This document shows, piece by piece, positions 36,804 to 45,956 of a DNA stretch of 64,000 nt (position 1 is the first letter of the stretch; every line of letters begins with the position of its first letter). The DNA comes from Deltaproteobacteria bacterium (lineage in GTDB: Bacteria > Myxococcota_A > UBA9160 > SMWR01). The notes beneath the pieces were generated by a model. The model had not been told where the DNA came from. It did not search any database and saw only the letters and a list, made by a program, of their open reading frames with translations. Where the stretch lies: NCBI GenBank assembly GCA_032128375.1, contig JAQBGU010000181.1:36166-100165 (forward strand), in the 5' to 3' direction. A program made the position numbers and the translations under genes.

Positions 36804-37895
36804 ATGACGCTGTCCAGGGAGAAGCTCGACGGGTTGATCGACAGATCGACAGATATCATCGTCGCGACCGACCGGAACGGCAGCATCATCTACTACAACG
36901 ACGGGGCATCCCGCAGCCTGGGCTACACGCTCGACGAGATTCTCGGGCGCTCGGTCGTGATCGTGTATCCCGACCTCGATGAAGCCAAGCGCGTGATGGC
37001 CGCGATGCGCGACGCGGGTCACGGCGGCCCCGGTATCGTCCAGACGTTTCAGACGACTTTCGTTTCGAAGGCGGGAGAGCGGATCCCCGTCGCGATGTCG
37101 GCGACCATCAATCGGGACGAAGCCGACGAACCCGATGGAACCATCGGGTTTGCGAAGGATCTTCGAGAGATTCTTCGCAAGGATCAACTCGCGACACTCG
37201 GCGAAGTGGCGGTCGGGTTGTCACACGAAATCAATAACCCGTTGGCGGTCATGCTCAACCAGGTAGACCTGCTCGAACGCGAGATAGAAGCGCTGGCAGG
37301 TGAAGGTGATTGCTCGGTCGAGATCGAACGTCTGTACTCGGTCCGCCGCGAAATCTCCCGGGTATCGGAGATCCTGACTCGGCTCGGCGCGATGGTCGAG
37401 ACGCAGTCGTACGAGACGATGAAGTACATCGGTCCGGCGCGGATGATCGACCTCCGCGGTCCGCGGCCCGCGCCATCCGCGGACCCGAGGTTGAAAGACG
37501 TGCGCGTGTTAGTCGTCGACGACGACATGGGAATCTGTCGCTCGGTCCAAGAGCTGCTGACGACAGATGGCTGCTCGGTCGAAACGGCGAACGATGGCAT
37601 CGAGGCACTGCGATGCATGGAGTCGTCGCACTTCGATGTCGTTCTGACCGACGTCGTGATGCCGAACATGGACGGCTTCGAACTGTACAACGCGTTGCGG
37701 GAACGTTACCCCGACCTACCCGTCTTGATGATGACCGCGTTCCATTACGACAAGGATCACATCATCAAGCGCAGCAAACTCAAGGGCCTCAAGGGCGTCC
37801 TATTCAAGAAACCGGTCGATCCGGACCGACTCCGCCAGGTCATCGCCGAGACCATCCAGCATGTATCCGACTCAAACGAAGAGCCAGTAGCGTGA
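36804..37895 (+). CDS. PAS-HisKA-REC signalling protein with no HATPase domain
   Basis: PAS, then SHEINNPL H-box, then REC (VVDDD, TDVVMP, KP) after a short linker. Confidence 0.85.
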   Translation: MTLSREKLDGLIDRSTDIIVATDRNGSIIYYNDGASRSLGYTLDEILGRSVVIVYPDLDEAKRVMAAMRDAGHGGPGIVQTFQTTFVSKAGERIPVAMSATINRDEADEPDGTIGFAKDLREILRKDQLATLGEVAVGLSHEINNPLAVMLNQVDLLEREIEALAGEGDCSVEIERLYSVRREISRVSEILTRLGAMVETQSYETMKYIGPARMIDLRGPRPAPSADPRLKDVRVLVVDDDMGICRSVQELLTTDGCSVETANDGIEALRCMESSHFDVVLTDVVMPNMDGFELYNALRERYPDLPVLMMTAFHYDKDHIIKRSKLKGLKGVLFKKPVDPDRLRQVIAETIQHVSDSNEEPVA

Positions 37896-37920
37896 TCTGA
37901 GTCGCCGGGCTGGATCGGAT

Positions 37921-38802
37921 TCATTTGGAAACGGACCCACCCTGGCCGTGATTGGGGCCCAGCGTGCGGGCCGCGCAGATTCCGATGACGGTCTTGGCAC
38001 CTACGCGACGCAACGCATGCGCGCACTCCGACAACGTGCTTCCGGTCGTCACGACGTCGTCTACGAGCCACACGCAGTCAGGTGCTCGCCACTGACGCCT
38101 GGTTCGAAACGCGCCGCGAACGTTCTTGCGCCGCGCGGCGCGGTCGAGACCGGTCTGGCTTTGCGTCGCTCGGGTTCGGTGGAGTGCGACGGGGTCGAGC
38201 CTGAGCCCGTGTTGTCGCGCCAGCGTGCGTGCGAGCAGCGTGGCCGGATTGAAGCCGCGCGAGCGAAGCCGGCTCGGATGCAGCGGAACGGGCACGACCA
38301 GTCCGGGGACCGGTCCGACGACCCGGCGGGCCGCTTCGCAAACCAGCGCGTTGACGACCGACCGCGGTGCCGGATCGAGGCCTGCGAGACCGGGGCGCGG
38401 GTATTTGAAGCGATGGATCCAGCTCCCGACGTCACCGCTGAACACGACCCCGGCCACACAAGCGCTGAGTGGCGAGCGCGCGAACTCGCACGTCGCGCAC
38501 AGATTTCCACATCGGCTCGCACCCGCGCTAGCCTTCAGCTGCGTACTCAGGCCATCTGTCGGCGTCACACGTACCGCCTGACACAGCGCGCAGCTGTCTT
38601 CCGCCAGCCGGGGGAGCTTGCGATCGCAGGGCTCACACAGCGCATCACAGGCTCGGATCGGCGCTGAGCAGCCGGCGCAGGTCGGCGGCAGCGCGAGGTC
38701 GAGCACTCCATCCCACAGTTCTGCGAGCCAACGCAGCGAGTGTTGTGCCCGCTGCCCCAAGGGTCCCAACACGCGTACCTCCGTCGGGACCGACAGAATC
38801 AC
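37921..38802 (-). CDS. comF: ComF family protein (zinc ribbon + PRTase)
   Basis: CxxC pairs, PVPLH, RGFN and LVDDVVTTGST; start uncertain. Confidence 0.88.
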   Translation of the reverse strand: MILSVPTEVRVLGPLGQRAQHSLRWLAELWDGVLDLALPPTCAGCSAPIRACDALCEPCDRKLPRLAEDSCALCQAVRVTPTDGLSTQLKASAGASRCGNLCATCEFARSPLSACVAGVVFSGDVGSWIHRFKYPRPGLAGLDPAPRSVVNALVCEAARRVVGPVPGLVVPVPLHPSRLRSRGFNPATLLARTLARQHGLRLDPVALHRTRATQSQTGLDRAARRKNVRGAFRTRRQWRAPDCVWLVDDVVTTGSTLSECAHALRRVGAKTVIGICAARTLGPNHGQGGSVSK

Positions 38803-38829
38803 TGTGAGCGAATGCGAAGCCGATACGAA

Positions 38830-38880
38830 ACGACTATCAAACTACTATCAGACTACGATCAGACTACTATCAAACTACCA
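38830..38880. repeat. 11-bp tandem repeat, about 4.5 copies
   Basis: ACGACTATCAA ACTACTATCAG ACTACGATCAG ACTACTATCAA ACTACCA. Confidence 0.9.
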
Positions 38881-38904
38881 CGCAACCAAAGCCGATCGAC
38901 GGGA

Positions 38905-40452
38905 TTAGTCGCGGACGATCAGGCTCCGCCCGCTCATTTCTTCGGGCAGCGGGAGGTCCAACAAGTCGAGCACCGTCGGTGCGAGATCTGAGAGCCCACC
39001 GTCACGCAGGCTCGCGCCGCTGGTATCGCGCGCGATCCAATGCAGCGGAACCGGATTCGTCGTGTGGGCAGTATGGGGTTCGCCGGATTCGGGGTCGACC
39101 ATCAATTCGCAGTTTCCGTGATCCGCTGTGATCAGCATCGAACCTCCTCGCGCCAGCACGCTGCGCGCAATCCGCTCGAGACCCTGGTCAACGGTCTCGA
39201 CCGCTTTGATCGCCGCGTCGAGTATGCCGGTATGTCCCACCATGTCCGGGTTTGCGTAGTTGAGCAGTACGAACCCGTAGTCGACGTCAGCGATCCGGCG
39301 CAGGACCTCATCGGTGAGCGCAAACGCGCTCATCTCGGGTTTGTGATCGTAGGTCGCGACGTCTCGCGGCGACGCAATCAACGCGCGGTCTTCACCGGGG
39401 AACGGTGTTTCGCGGCCGCCGTTGAAGAAGAACGTCACGTGCGCGTACTTTTCCGTTTCTGCGATGCGGAGTTGTTGCAACCCCTGCCGCGCGACGATTT
39501 CGCCGAGGCTGTTGGCCGGAATCGACGTGGGAAACGCGACCGGCAGATCGAATTGCTCGTCGTAGTTCGTGAAGCACACAAAGTGGGACAATCGGGGCAC
39601 GCGCTTGCGTTCGAGTTTGCCCTCGAAGCGGTGTGGAGTCGAGCTCGTGAGCGCGGCAGTGAGTTCGCGCGCGCGGTCTGCGCGAAAATTACAGAAAATG
39701 ACCGCGTCACCATCGGCGACCGGTGCCGCCTCCCCGATGACCGTGGGCCGCACGAATTCATCGCTCTCGCCGCGTGAATACGCGTCTTCGACCGCCGCCA
39801 CCGCATCCGTCGCCACCACACCCTCGCCGCAGACGATCGCGTGGTAGGCCTGCGAAACGCGTTCCCAGTGGTCGTCGCGGTCCATCGCGTAATAGCGGCC
39901 GATCACGGTTGCAATGCGTCCGCCGATGGCCGCCACCTGCGACTGCAGTGTGCGGATGAAACCCAGTGCAGAACGCGGCAGCGTGTCACGACCGTCTAGG
40001 AACGCGTGGACCAGCGGGCGCACGCCTCGCACACCAAGATATTCCAGCAACATGACCAGCTGATGCATGTGGCTGTGAACGCCGCCGTCGGACACCAGGC
40101 CCATCAAGTGGAGGGTCCGGCCGCTTGCTTCTACCGCCGCAATAGCATCCTGGATCGCCCGGTTTGTCGCCAGCTCGCCGCGTTCGATTGACTGCGAGAT
40201 TTGCGTGATGTTCTGCGGAATCACCCGTCCCGCACCGATCGTCATGTGACCGACTTCGGAGTTCCCCATCTGCCCGGGCGGGAGGCCGACCGATTCACCG
40301 GACGTCGTGACGACCGACCAGGGGTAGCGTTCGCGCGCTCCCGCCAGAAATGGTGCATGCGCACGAGCCGTGGCATCGGCTGCGCCTCCATCACCAATAC
40401 CGAACCCGTCGAGCACGATCAGTACGACCGGGCCGTTCACTGCACGCCTCAC
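38905..40452 (-). CDS. gpmI: 2,3-bisphosphoglycerate-independent phosphoglycerate mutase
   Basis: LDGFG, QMGNSEVGH, GRYYAMDRD, ETEKYAHVTFF, NPDMVGHTG and ADHGN. Confidence 0.96.
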   Translation of the reverse strand: MRRAVNGPVVLIVLDGFGIGDGGAADATARAHAPFLAGARERYPWSVVTTSGESVGLPPGQMGNSEVGHMTIGAGRVIPQNITQISQSIERGELATNRAIQDAIAAVEASGRTLHLMGLVSDGGVHSHMHQLVMLLEYLGVRGVRPLVHAFLDGRDTLPRSALGFIRTLQSQVAAIGGRIATVIGRYYAMDRDDHWERVSQAYHAIVCGEGVVATDAVAAVEDAYSRGESDEFVRPTVIGEAAPVADGDAVIFCNFRADRARELTAALTSSTPHRFEGKLERKRVPRLSHFVCFTNYDEQFDLPVAFPTSIPANSLGEIVARQGLQQLRIAETEKYAHVTFFFNGGRETPFPGEDRALIASPRDVATYDHKPEMSAFALTDEVLRRIADVDYGFVLLNYANPDMVGHTGILDAAIKAVETVDQGLERIARSVLARGGSMLITADHGNCELMVDPESGEPHTAHTTNPVPLHWIARDTSGASLRDGGLSDLAPTVLDLLDLPLPEEMSGRSLIVRD

Positions 40453-40847
40453 GGCACCCCGCTATATGGCGACTGGCTATCTGCCAACTCCGCGTTGGTG
40501 TCTACCAATGCGATTCGAGACGCGTCGCTCCACAATCGCTCCAGGTCGTAGTCCATGCGCGTCTCATGTTGAAATACGTGAACGATCATGTCGCCGTAGT
40601 CGATCAACACCCAGCGCCCGTCTTCATAGCCTTCCACCCCAAGCGGCGACTGGCTGATTTCCGAGAGCGCGGATCGGATCGCGTCTGCGACCGACCGCAC
40701 GTGTCGATCGGATGTGCCCGTCGCGACGATGAACGTGTCGGCGAACGACGAGACCTCGCGGACATCGATCGCCACGATGTCTTCCGCCTTGCGATCTTCG
40801 GCAGCAGCGACGACGGCTGACACCATCTTGCCACGTTCGATGCTCAT
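40449..40847 (-). CDS. rsfS: Ribosome silencing factor
   Basis: KAEDI, W.LIDYGD..VHVF and YDLERLW; position after nadD. Confidence 0.93.
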   Translation of the reverse strand: MSIERGKMVSAVVAAAEDRKAEDIVAIDVREVSSFADTFIVATGTSDRHVRSVADAIRSALSEISQSPLGVEGYEDGRWVLIDYGDMIVHVFQHETRMDYDLERLWSDASRIALVDTNAELADSQSPYSGVP

Positions 40848-40872
40848 TGGGCACTCCTCGTAAACCGGCTGC

Positions 40873-41556
40873 TCATTGGGGATCCTCCGCCGCGTACACC
40901 CGAGATCTTTCCACCGCTTCGGCGACTGCCGGAGGCAGCAGGTAGCGTATCGAACACCCGTCGCGTATCCGCCGCCGGACTTCGGACGACGAGATGTCCA
41001 GGGACGTGATATCCACCAATCGAATCCAGGTTTGGGTGTGGCGGTTGTAGGCGATCTGGCCGTTGCGATCGGGGTCCACGTCCTCTTTGATGCAGCGTGG
41101 CAGCCAATCCGCAAGCGACAACGCCCCGACCGGTGGTCTCGTGATCACCGCGAAATGTGCGAGCGAGAAAACTTCTCGCGGGTCGCGCCATGAATCGATT
41201 TCCGTGAAGGCATCCTGACCGATCGTGAAGACCGGCAGCTCGGGGGCAATACGCTGCCCGATCTCCGCCAGCGTATCGACCGTGTACGACGCTCCACCGC
41301 GGTCGATTTCGATCGAATCCACTTCGAATCGCGGATTATCGCGAATCGCGATCTCTACCCACTCGAGCCTGAGCGCTGCGGATGCGATCGGATCGGCCGA
41401 CTGGTGAGTCTTGTGAGGTGGGGAGGCGGACGGAACGAAGATCATCCGATCGAGCTCGAGGGCCTCGATGACTTCCTCTGCGGCCCGCAGATGACCCAAG
41501 TGAATCGGATTGAAGGTACCACCGAGGATTCCGATACGAGGTCGCGTCTGTGTCAT
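40873..41556 (-). CDS. nadD: Nicotinate-nucleotide adenylyltransferase
   Basis: GGTFNPIHLGH, PPHK, SYTVDTL and ISSS; ATGA overlap with proA. Confidence 0.95.
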   Translation of the reverse strand: MTQTRPRIGILGGTFNPIHLGHLRAAEEVIEALELDRMIFVPSASPPHKTHQSADPIASAALRLEWVEIAIRDNPRFEVDSIEIDRGGASYTVDTLAEIGQRIAPELPVFTIGQDAFTEIDSWRDPREVFSLAHFAVITRPPVGALSLADWLPRCIKEDVDPDRNGQIAYNRHTQTWIRLVDITSLDISSSEVRRRIRDGCSIRYLLPPAVAEAVERSRVYAAEDPQ

Positions 41557-42824
41557 TCGCGAAGCTGGCCGTCTCCACGGAGTACGAACTTGAGCGTGGT
41601 GAGTCCCTCGAGACCCATCGGGCCATAGTGGTGGATCTTGGACGTGGAAATCCCGATCTCGGCTCCCAGCCCGAGCCGGAAACCATCCGCAAACGCTGTC
41701 GAGCAGTTCACACCGACTGTCGAGGAGTTGACTCGTCTCAGGAATTCTTGCGAGTTCCGGTAGTCCTGCGTGATGATAATCTCGGTGTGATCCGATCCGT
41801 AGCGACGAATGTGTTCGATCGCCCCATCCATGTCGTCGACAACGCGGATTGCGAGAATCGGCGCCAGGTATTCCTCCGCCCAGTCCGATTCCACCACCGG
41901 TGTCGCTTCGCTGACAATCTCGCAGGTGCGCTCGCAGCCGCGAATCTCGACGCCCTGTTCGAACAGGGCCTTGGCGATTCGCGGCAGTGCGACCGCACAC
42001 GCGTCGCGGTGGACCAGAAGCGTCTCGAGGCCGTTGCAGACGGCCATCTGCGAGACCTTCGAATCGATCGTAATCCGGGTAGCCATTTCCGGGTCTGCAC
42101 TCGCGTCGACGAATATGTGACATACCCCGGCGTCATGTTTGATCACCGGGATGCGCGACGCTTCGGTGACTTTACGGATCAGTCCGGGACCGCCGCGCGG
42201 AATAATCAGGTCGATGTATGCATCCTGTTTCAACAACACATCGATCGCTTCGCGGTCGGTCTGGCGGATCATCGCGATCGCATCTTCGGGGATTCCGGTT
42301 TCTGTCGCGGCGCTCCGCAACTCGCTCGCCAATGCGAGGTTGGCCGAGATCGCCTCCGATCCGCCGCGCAAGATCACCGCGTTGCCGGCCTTTACGCACA
42401 GAGCAGCGGCATCGACGGTCACATTGGGTCGCGCTTCGTAAATGATCCCGATCACACCGAGCGGAATTCGCATCCGCCCGACCTGGAGTCCGTTGGGTCG
42501 CACGATCGTCGATTCGACGCGTCCGACCGGGTCGGGAAGCGCTGCGACATCACGCAAGCCGGCGATCATGTCGCGCCACTTGTCGTCGGATATCGCCAGC
42601 CGCGAGAGCAGCGGACCCGAGACACCGCTGCCAGCGGCAAGCTCGAGATCGCGCGCGTTTGCGGCCAGTATCTCGGACCTCGCGGTTTCCAGCCGATCGG
42701 CCGAACGCAACAGCCAGTCGTTCTTGACGCTTGTCGAAAGGTCACTCATGCGCTGCGACGCCTTGCATGCGCGGCGGGCGAGATCGACGACTCGTTGTTC
42801 GAGTTCTGGATTGGAGGACTTCAT
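41553..42824 (-). CDS. proA: Gamma-glutamyl phosphate reductase
   Basis: IYEARPNVT, LRGGSEA, CNGLE and GAEIGIST.K.H..GPMGL. Confidence 0.96.
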   Translation of the reverse strand: MKSSNPELEQRVVDLARRACKASQRMSDLSTSVKNDWLLRSADRLETARSEILAANARDLELAAGSGVSGPLLSRLAISDDKWRDMIAGLRDVAALPDPVGRVESTIVRPNGLQVGRMRIPLGVIGIIYEARPNVTVDAAALCVKAGNAVILRGGSEAISANLALASELRSAATETGIPEDAIAMIRQTDREAIDVLLKQDAYIDLIIPRGGPGLIRKVTEASRIPVIKHDAGVCHIFVDASADPEMATRITIDSKVSQMAVCNGLETLLVHRDACAVALPRIAKALFEQGVEIRGCERTCEIVSEATPVVESDWAEEYLAPILAIRVVDDMDGAIEHIRRYGSDHTEIIITQDYRNSQEFLRRVNSSTVGVNCSTAFADGFRLGLGAEIGISTSKIHHYGPMGLEGLTTLKFVLRGDGQLRE

Positions 42825-42879
42825 TGATCGCCTGTGGAACGGTCGACGTCGCTAAGGCCGAATTCGCGACGGCGCGATT

Positions 42880-42986
42880 TCATTCGACTCATTATTCAAC
42901 AGTCATTCAACAGTCATTCGACATGTCATTCGACATGTCATTCGGCACGTCATTCAGCACCGGCATCATTCAACACCGTCATCAGC
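42880..42986. repeat. Degenerate 11-12 bp tandem repeat, about 8 copies, spanning the proB stop
   Basis: TCATTC(A/G)(A/G)C core repeated: AGTCATTCAAC AGTCATTCGAC ATGTCATTCGAC ATGTCATTCGGC ACGTCATTCAGC. Confidence 0.88.
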
Positions 42987-44135
42987 GTCGACGTCACTGC
43001 TGTCGACGTCGCCAATCAGCACGAGGTCGTCACGGTGAATGACCTCGGCACCGTTCGAATATCCTAGCAGCTGGAAAATTTCCCGTGTCGGCCGGCCCGC
43101 GATGCGCTCGATCGCTTCGGACGCGTAGCCGACGAGGCCGCGAGCGAACTCGTGGCCCTGCTCGTCGAGACAAGCGACCGGGTCGCCGATTCCGAACTTC
43201 CCGCGGACTTCGCGAATGCCGGCCGGCAACAGGCTCTTGCCAGCGTTCGTCAGCGCTTTGGTGGCACCTGCATCGAGCCACAGTTGGCCAAACGTTCGCG
43301 TCGTGAACGCCAGCCAATGCTTGCGGCTGGCAAGTCGGTTGCCGGTTTGGAACAACGTCCCGACGGGCTCTCCGGCGATGATCTTCAGCAATATGTCCCG
43401 CGCGCGGCCGTTGCACAGCACGGTCATCGCGCCGCAGCGCGCGGCCGCTTGAGCGGCTTCGAGCTTTGTGATCATTCCGCCGCGGCCGAACGCGCTATTC
43501 GACCCACCGGCCGCGCGCTCGATCTCGGGAGTCACGCGTTCGATCAGTTCGTATCGCTCAGGCTTGGTCCCGTCAGCTGGCGGCTCGCGATACAGACCCT
43601 CTACATCGGTGAGGATGACCAGCAGGTCCGCGCCGACGAGATTGACGACCGTGGCCGACAGGTTGTCGTTGTCGCCAAACCGAATCTCGTCGGTGGCGAC
43701 GGTGTCGTTTTCGTTGACGATCGGTACCACGCCCAGGCGCAGCAGTTCGAGCAGCGTGCGCCGTGCGTTGATGAACCGCTCGCGATCTTCCAGACCAACG
43801 CGTGTGACCAACACCTGGGCGACTCGCCGACCGCGACGGCCAAAACGCCGCCGATAGTGTTCGATCAGCCCGATCTGTCCGACCGCGGCAGCGGCCTGCA
43901 TTTGCGGGATGGTGCGACCGGGGTGGTCCCAACCGAGTTCGCGGCTTCCGATTGCGATCGCGCCAGAGCTCACGATCACGATTTCGCGACCCATGTCGGC
44001 GATTGCCGCGACCTGTCGGGCGATGTTACCGAACATGCGGGGCGCAAGTTCACCATCGCGTGTCAGTGTACTCGTGCCGATCTTTACGACGATCCGCTTG
44101 GCCGCTGCTGCGCGCGCGCGCGAGTCGACGGGCAT
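42966..44135 (-). CDS. proB: Glutamate 5-kinase with PUA domain
   Basis: VKIGTS, SSGAI, AAVGQ, NENDTV, FGDNDNLSA, GGMITK and IHRDDL. Confidence 0.96.
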   Translation of the reverse strand: MPVDSRARAAAAKRIVVKIGTSTLTRDGELAPRMFGNIARQVAAIADMGREIVIVSSGAIAIGSRELGWDHPGRTIPQMQAAAAVGQIGLIEHYRRRFGRRGRRVAQVLVTRVGLEDRERFINARRTLLELLRLGVVPIVNENDTVATDEIRFGDNDNLSATVVNLVGADLLVILTDVEGLYREPPADGTKPERYELIERVTPEIERAAGGSNSAFGRGGMITKLEAAQAAARCGAMTVLCNGRARDILLKIIAGEPVGTLFQTGNRLASRKHWLAFTTRTFGQLWLDAGATKALTNAGKSLLPAGIREVRGKFGIGDPVACLDEQGHEFARGLVGYASEAIERIAGRPTREIFQLLGYSNGAEVIHRDDLVLIGDVDSSDVDADDGVE

Positions 44136-45226
44136 CAGGTGGCCTCGCGGTGGGCGCCGTCATCGCGTGAAGCTGCCTGCTGGTTGGTGTCGTCGTCTCG
44201 CCGGGCTGCATCGAGCGAGCGCAGCATCAGACCGATCAGCTCCGGAATGCCAACGCCCGTGGCGGCGGAAATGCGCAGCACGTCGCGACCGCGAGCGCGC
44301 AGCTCGGCTTCGACTGCGTCGAGCGCATCGGGTTCCGATATCAGATCTATCTTGGTCAGCAAGACGATCTCGCTGCGCTCGGCCAGCTCGGGTTTATATG
44401 TCGACAGTTCGTGCCGGACGGTGTCATAACGTTCTAACAGGTCGGCTTGTTCGAGCGCGAGGCTGCCCGCATCGAGCAGATGAACCAACAGCATCGTTCG
44501 TTCGATATGGCGCAGGAAGCGATCGCCAAGTCCGACACCGGTACTCGCGCCCTCGATCAATCCTGGAATGTCGGCCACGACGAATCGACGGTCCGAGAAC
44601 TCGACGACACCCAAAGAGGGTGTAAGGGTGGTGAACGGGTAAGCGGCGACGCGGGGCTTCGCGGCGGAGATCCTTCCCAACAGAGTCGATTTACCCGCGT
44701 TCGGAAACCCCACCAGCGCGATGTCTGCGAGCAGTCGCAGCGACAGTCGGAGGTTTCGGATCTGGCCGGGCTGGCCGCGCTCCGAAAAATCGGGTGTTTG
44801 GCGAGTCGAAGTTGCAAAGCGTGCGTTACCGCGCCCGGCCCGACCGCTACGAGCGACCAGCACTTCCTGCTCATCGCGGGACAAGTCCGCGAGGATCACG
44901 GCGCCGTTTTCGGAATCGAGGTCGTACACGACCGTGCCGACCGGGACTCGAATTCTCTCGGGCTCACCGTCGCGACCCGTCCGATTCTTGCTCTGGCCCT
45001 TTGCGCCATGCTGGGCCTGAATCTGGCGCCGCATCCGGTGGTCGTAGAGTGTCGCCATGTTGCGCTCGGCGACGATGTAGACATCACCGCCGCGACCTCC
45101 ATCGCCACCGCTGGGCCCGCCTCGCGGGACGAACTTCTCGCGCCGGAACGCGACGCAACCGTCGCCACCGCTGCCAGCTTCTACGCAGACCGTCACTTCA
45201 TCGATGAACGATTCGTTCGAACTCAT
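44135..45226 (-). CDS. obgE: GTPase ObgE
   Basis: FIDE, FRREKFVPRGGP, GFPNAGKST, YPFTT, DIPG and TKID; start at ATG 45226. Confidence 0.96.
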   Translation of the reverse strand: MSSNESFIDEVTVCVEAGSGGDGCVAFRREKFVPRGGPSGGDGGRGGDVYIVAERNMATLYDHRMRRQIQAQHGAKGQSKNRTGRDGEPERIRVPVGTVVYDLDSENGAVILADLSRDEQEVLVARSGRAGRGNARFATSTRQTPDFSERGQPGQIRNLRLSLRLLADIALVGFPNAGKSTLLGRISAAKPRVAAYPFTTLTPSLGVVEFSDRRFVVADIPGLIEGASTGVGLGDRFLRHIERTMLLVHLLDAGSLALEQADLLERYDTVRHELSTYKPELAERSEIVLLTKIDLISEPDALDAVEAELRARGRDVLRISAATGVGIPELIGLMLRSLDAARRDDDTNQQAASRDDGAHREAT

Positions 45227-45359
45227 TGCTTTGCCAGCGATGCAATGCCGAAACGCGCGGTTCTGATGTCGGCCCAGCACGATCGATTCGGTGGGGCCGC
45301 GCACGGATCGGACAGCCGACAGTGTAGCCCGCGGAGTCGGGTGCGCAGCTTGGCGCGGA

Positions 45360-45641
45360 CTAGGCTTCGGCTTCGATCGGGGTGTCGATTGATGAGGCGT
45401 CGACCAGCGCGATGACCCTACCGCGGGACTTGCCGTAGCGGACCACGCCGTCCACTGTCGCGAACAGCGTGTAGTCGCGCCCGACCCCAACGTTTGTGCC
45501 CGGATGAATGCGGGTACCGAGTTGCCGCACCAAAATCGAGCCGGCCGTGACCGTTTGGCCGCCGAAGACTTTGACACCGCGGCGCTGCCCCTGGCTATCG
45601 CGACCGTTTCGCGAACTTCCCTGTCCCTTCTTGTGTGCCAT
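45360..45641 (-). CDS. rpmA: 50S ribosomal protein L27
   Basis: [16 protein letters not shown]. Confidence 0.97.
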   Translation of the reverse strand: MAHKKGQGSSRNGRDSQGQRRGVKVFGGQTVTAGSILVRQLGTRIHPGTNVGVGRDYTLFATVDGVVRYGKSRGRVIALVDASSIDTPIEAEA

Positions 45642-45644
45642 CGC

Positions 45645-45956
45645 TCAGGCCTCGATCGCGTCGACGTGGATTTCTGTGTAGGACTGGCGGTGTCCAGCCT
45701 TTCGGCGGTAGCCCTTTCGACGCTTCATCTTGAAGATGGTGATCTTGGGCCCACGCGCTTGTGCGGTGATCGTACCCACGACCTTCGCGCCGTCGACGAG
45801 CGGTGTTCCAATTCTGGCGCTGTCGGGCTCGCCCACGAGCAGCACTTCGGAGAGTTCGACATTGTCGCCTACGGCACCGTCAAGCTTCTCTACTCGGAAG
45901 GATGTGCCGGGTTCAACCCGGTACTGCTTCCCTCCTGTGCGAACGACGGCGTACAT
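45645..45956 (-). CDS. rplU: 50S ribosomal protein L21
   Basis: MYAVVRTGGKQYRV...GHRQ; TGATG overlap with the rng stop. Confidence 0.97.
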   Translation of the reverse strand: MYAVVRTGGKQYRVEPGTSFRVEKLDGAVGDNVELSEVLLVGEPDSARIGTPLVDGAKVVGTITAQARGPKITIFKMKRRKGYRRKAGHRQSYTEIHVDAIEA

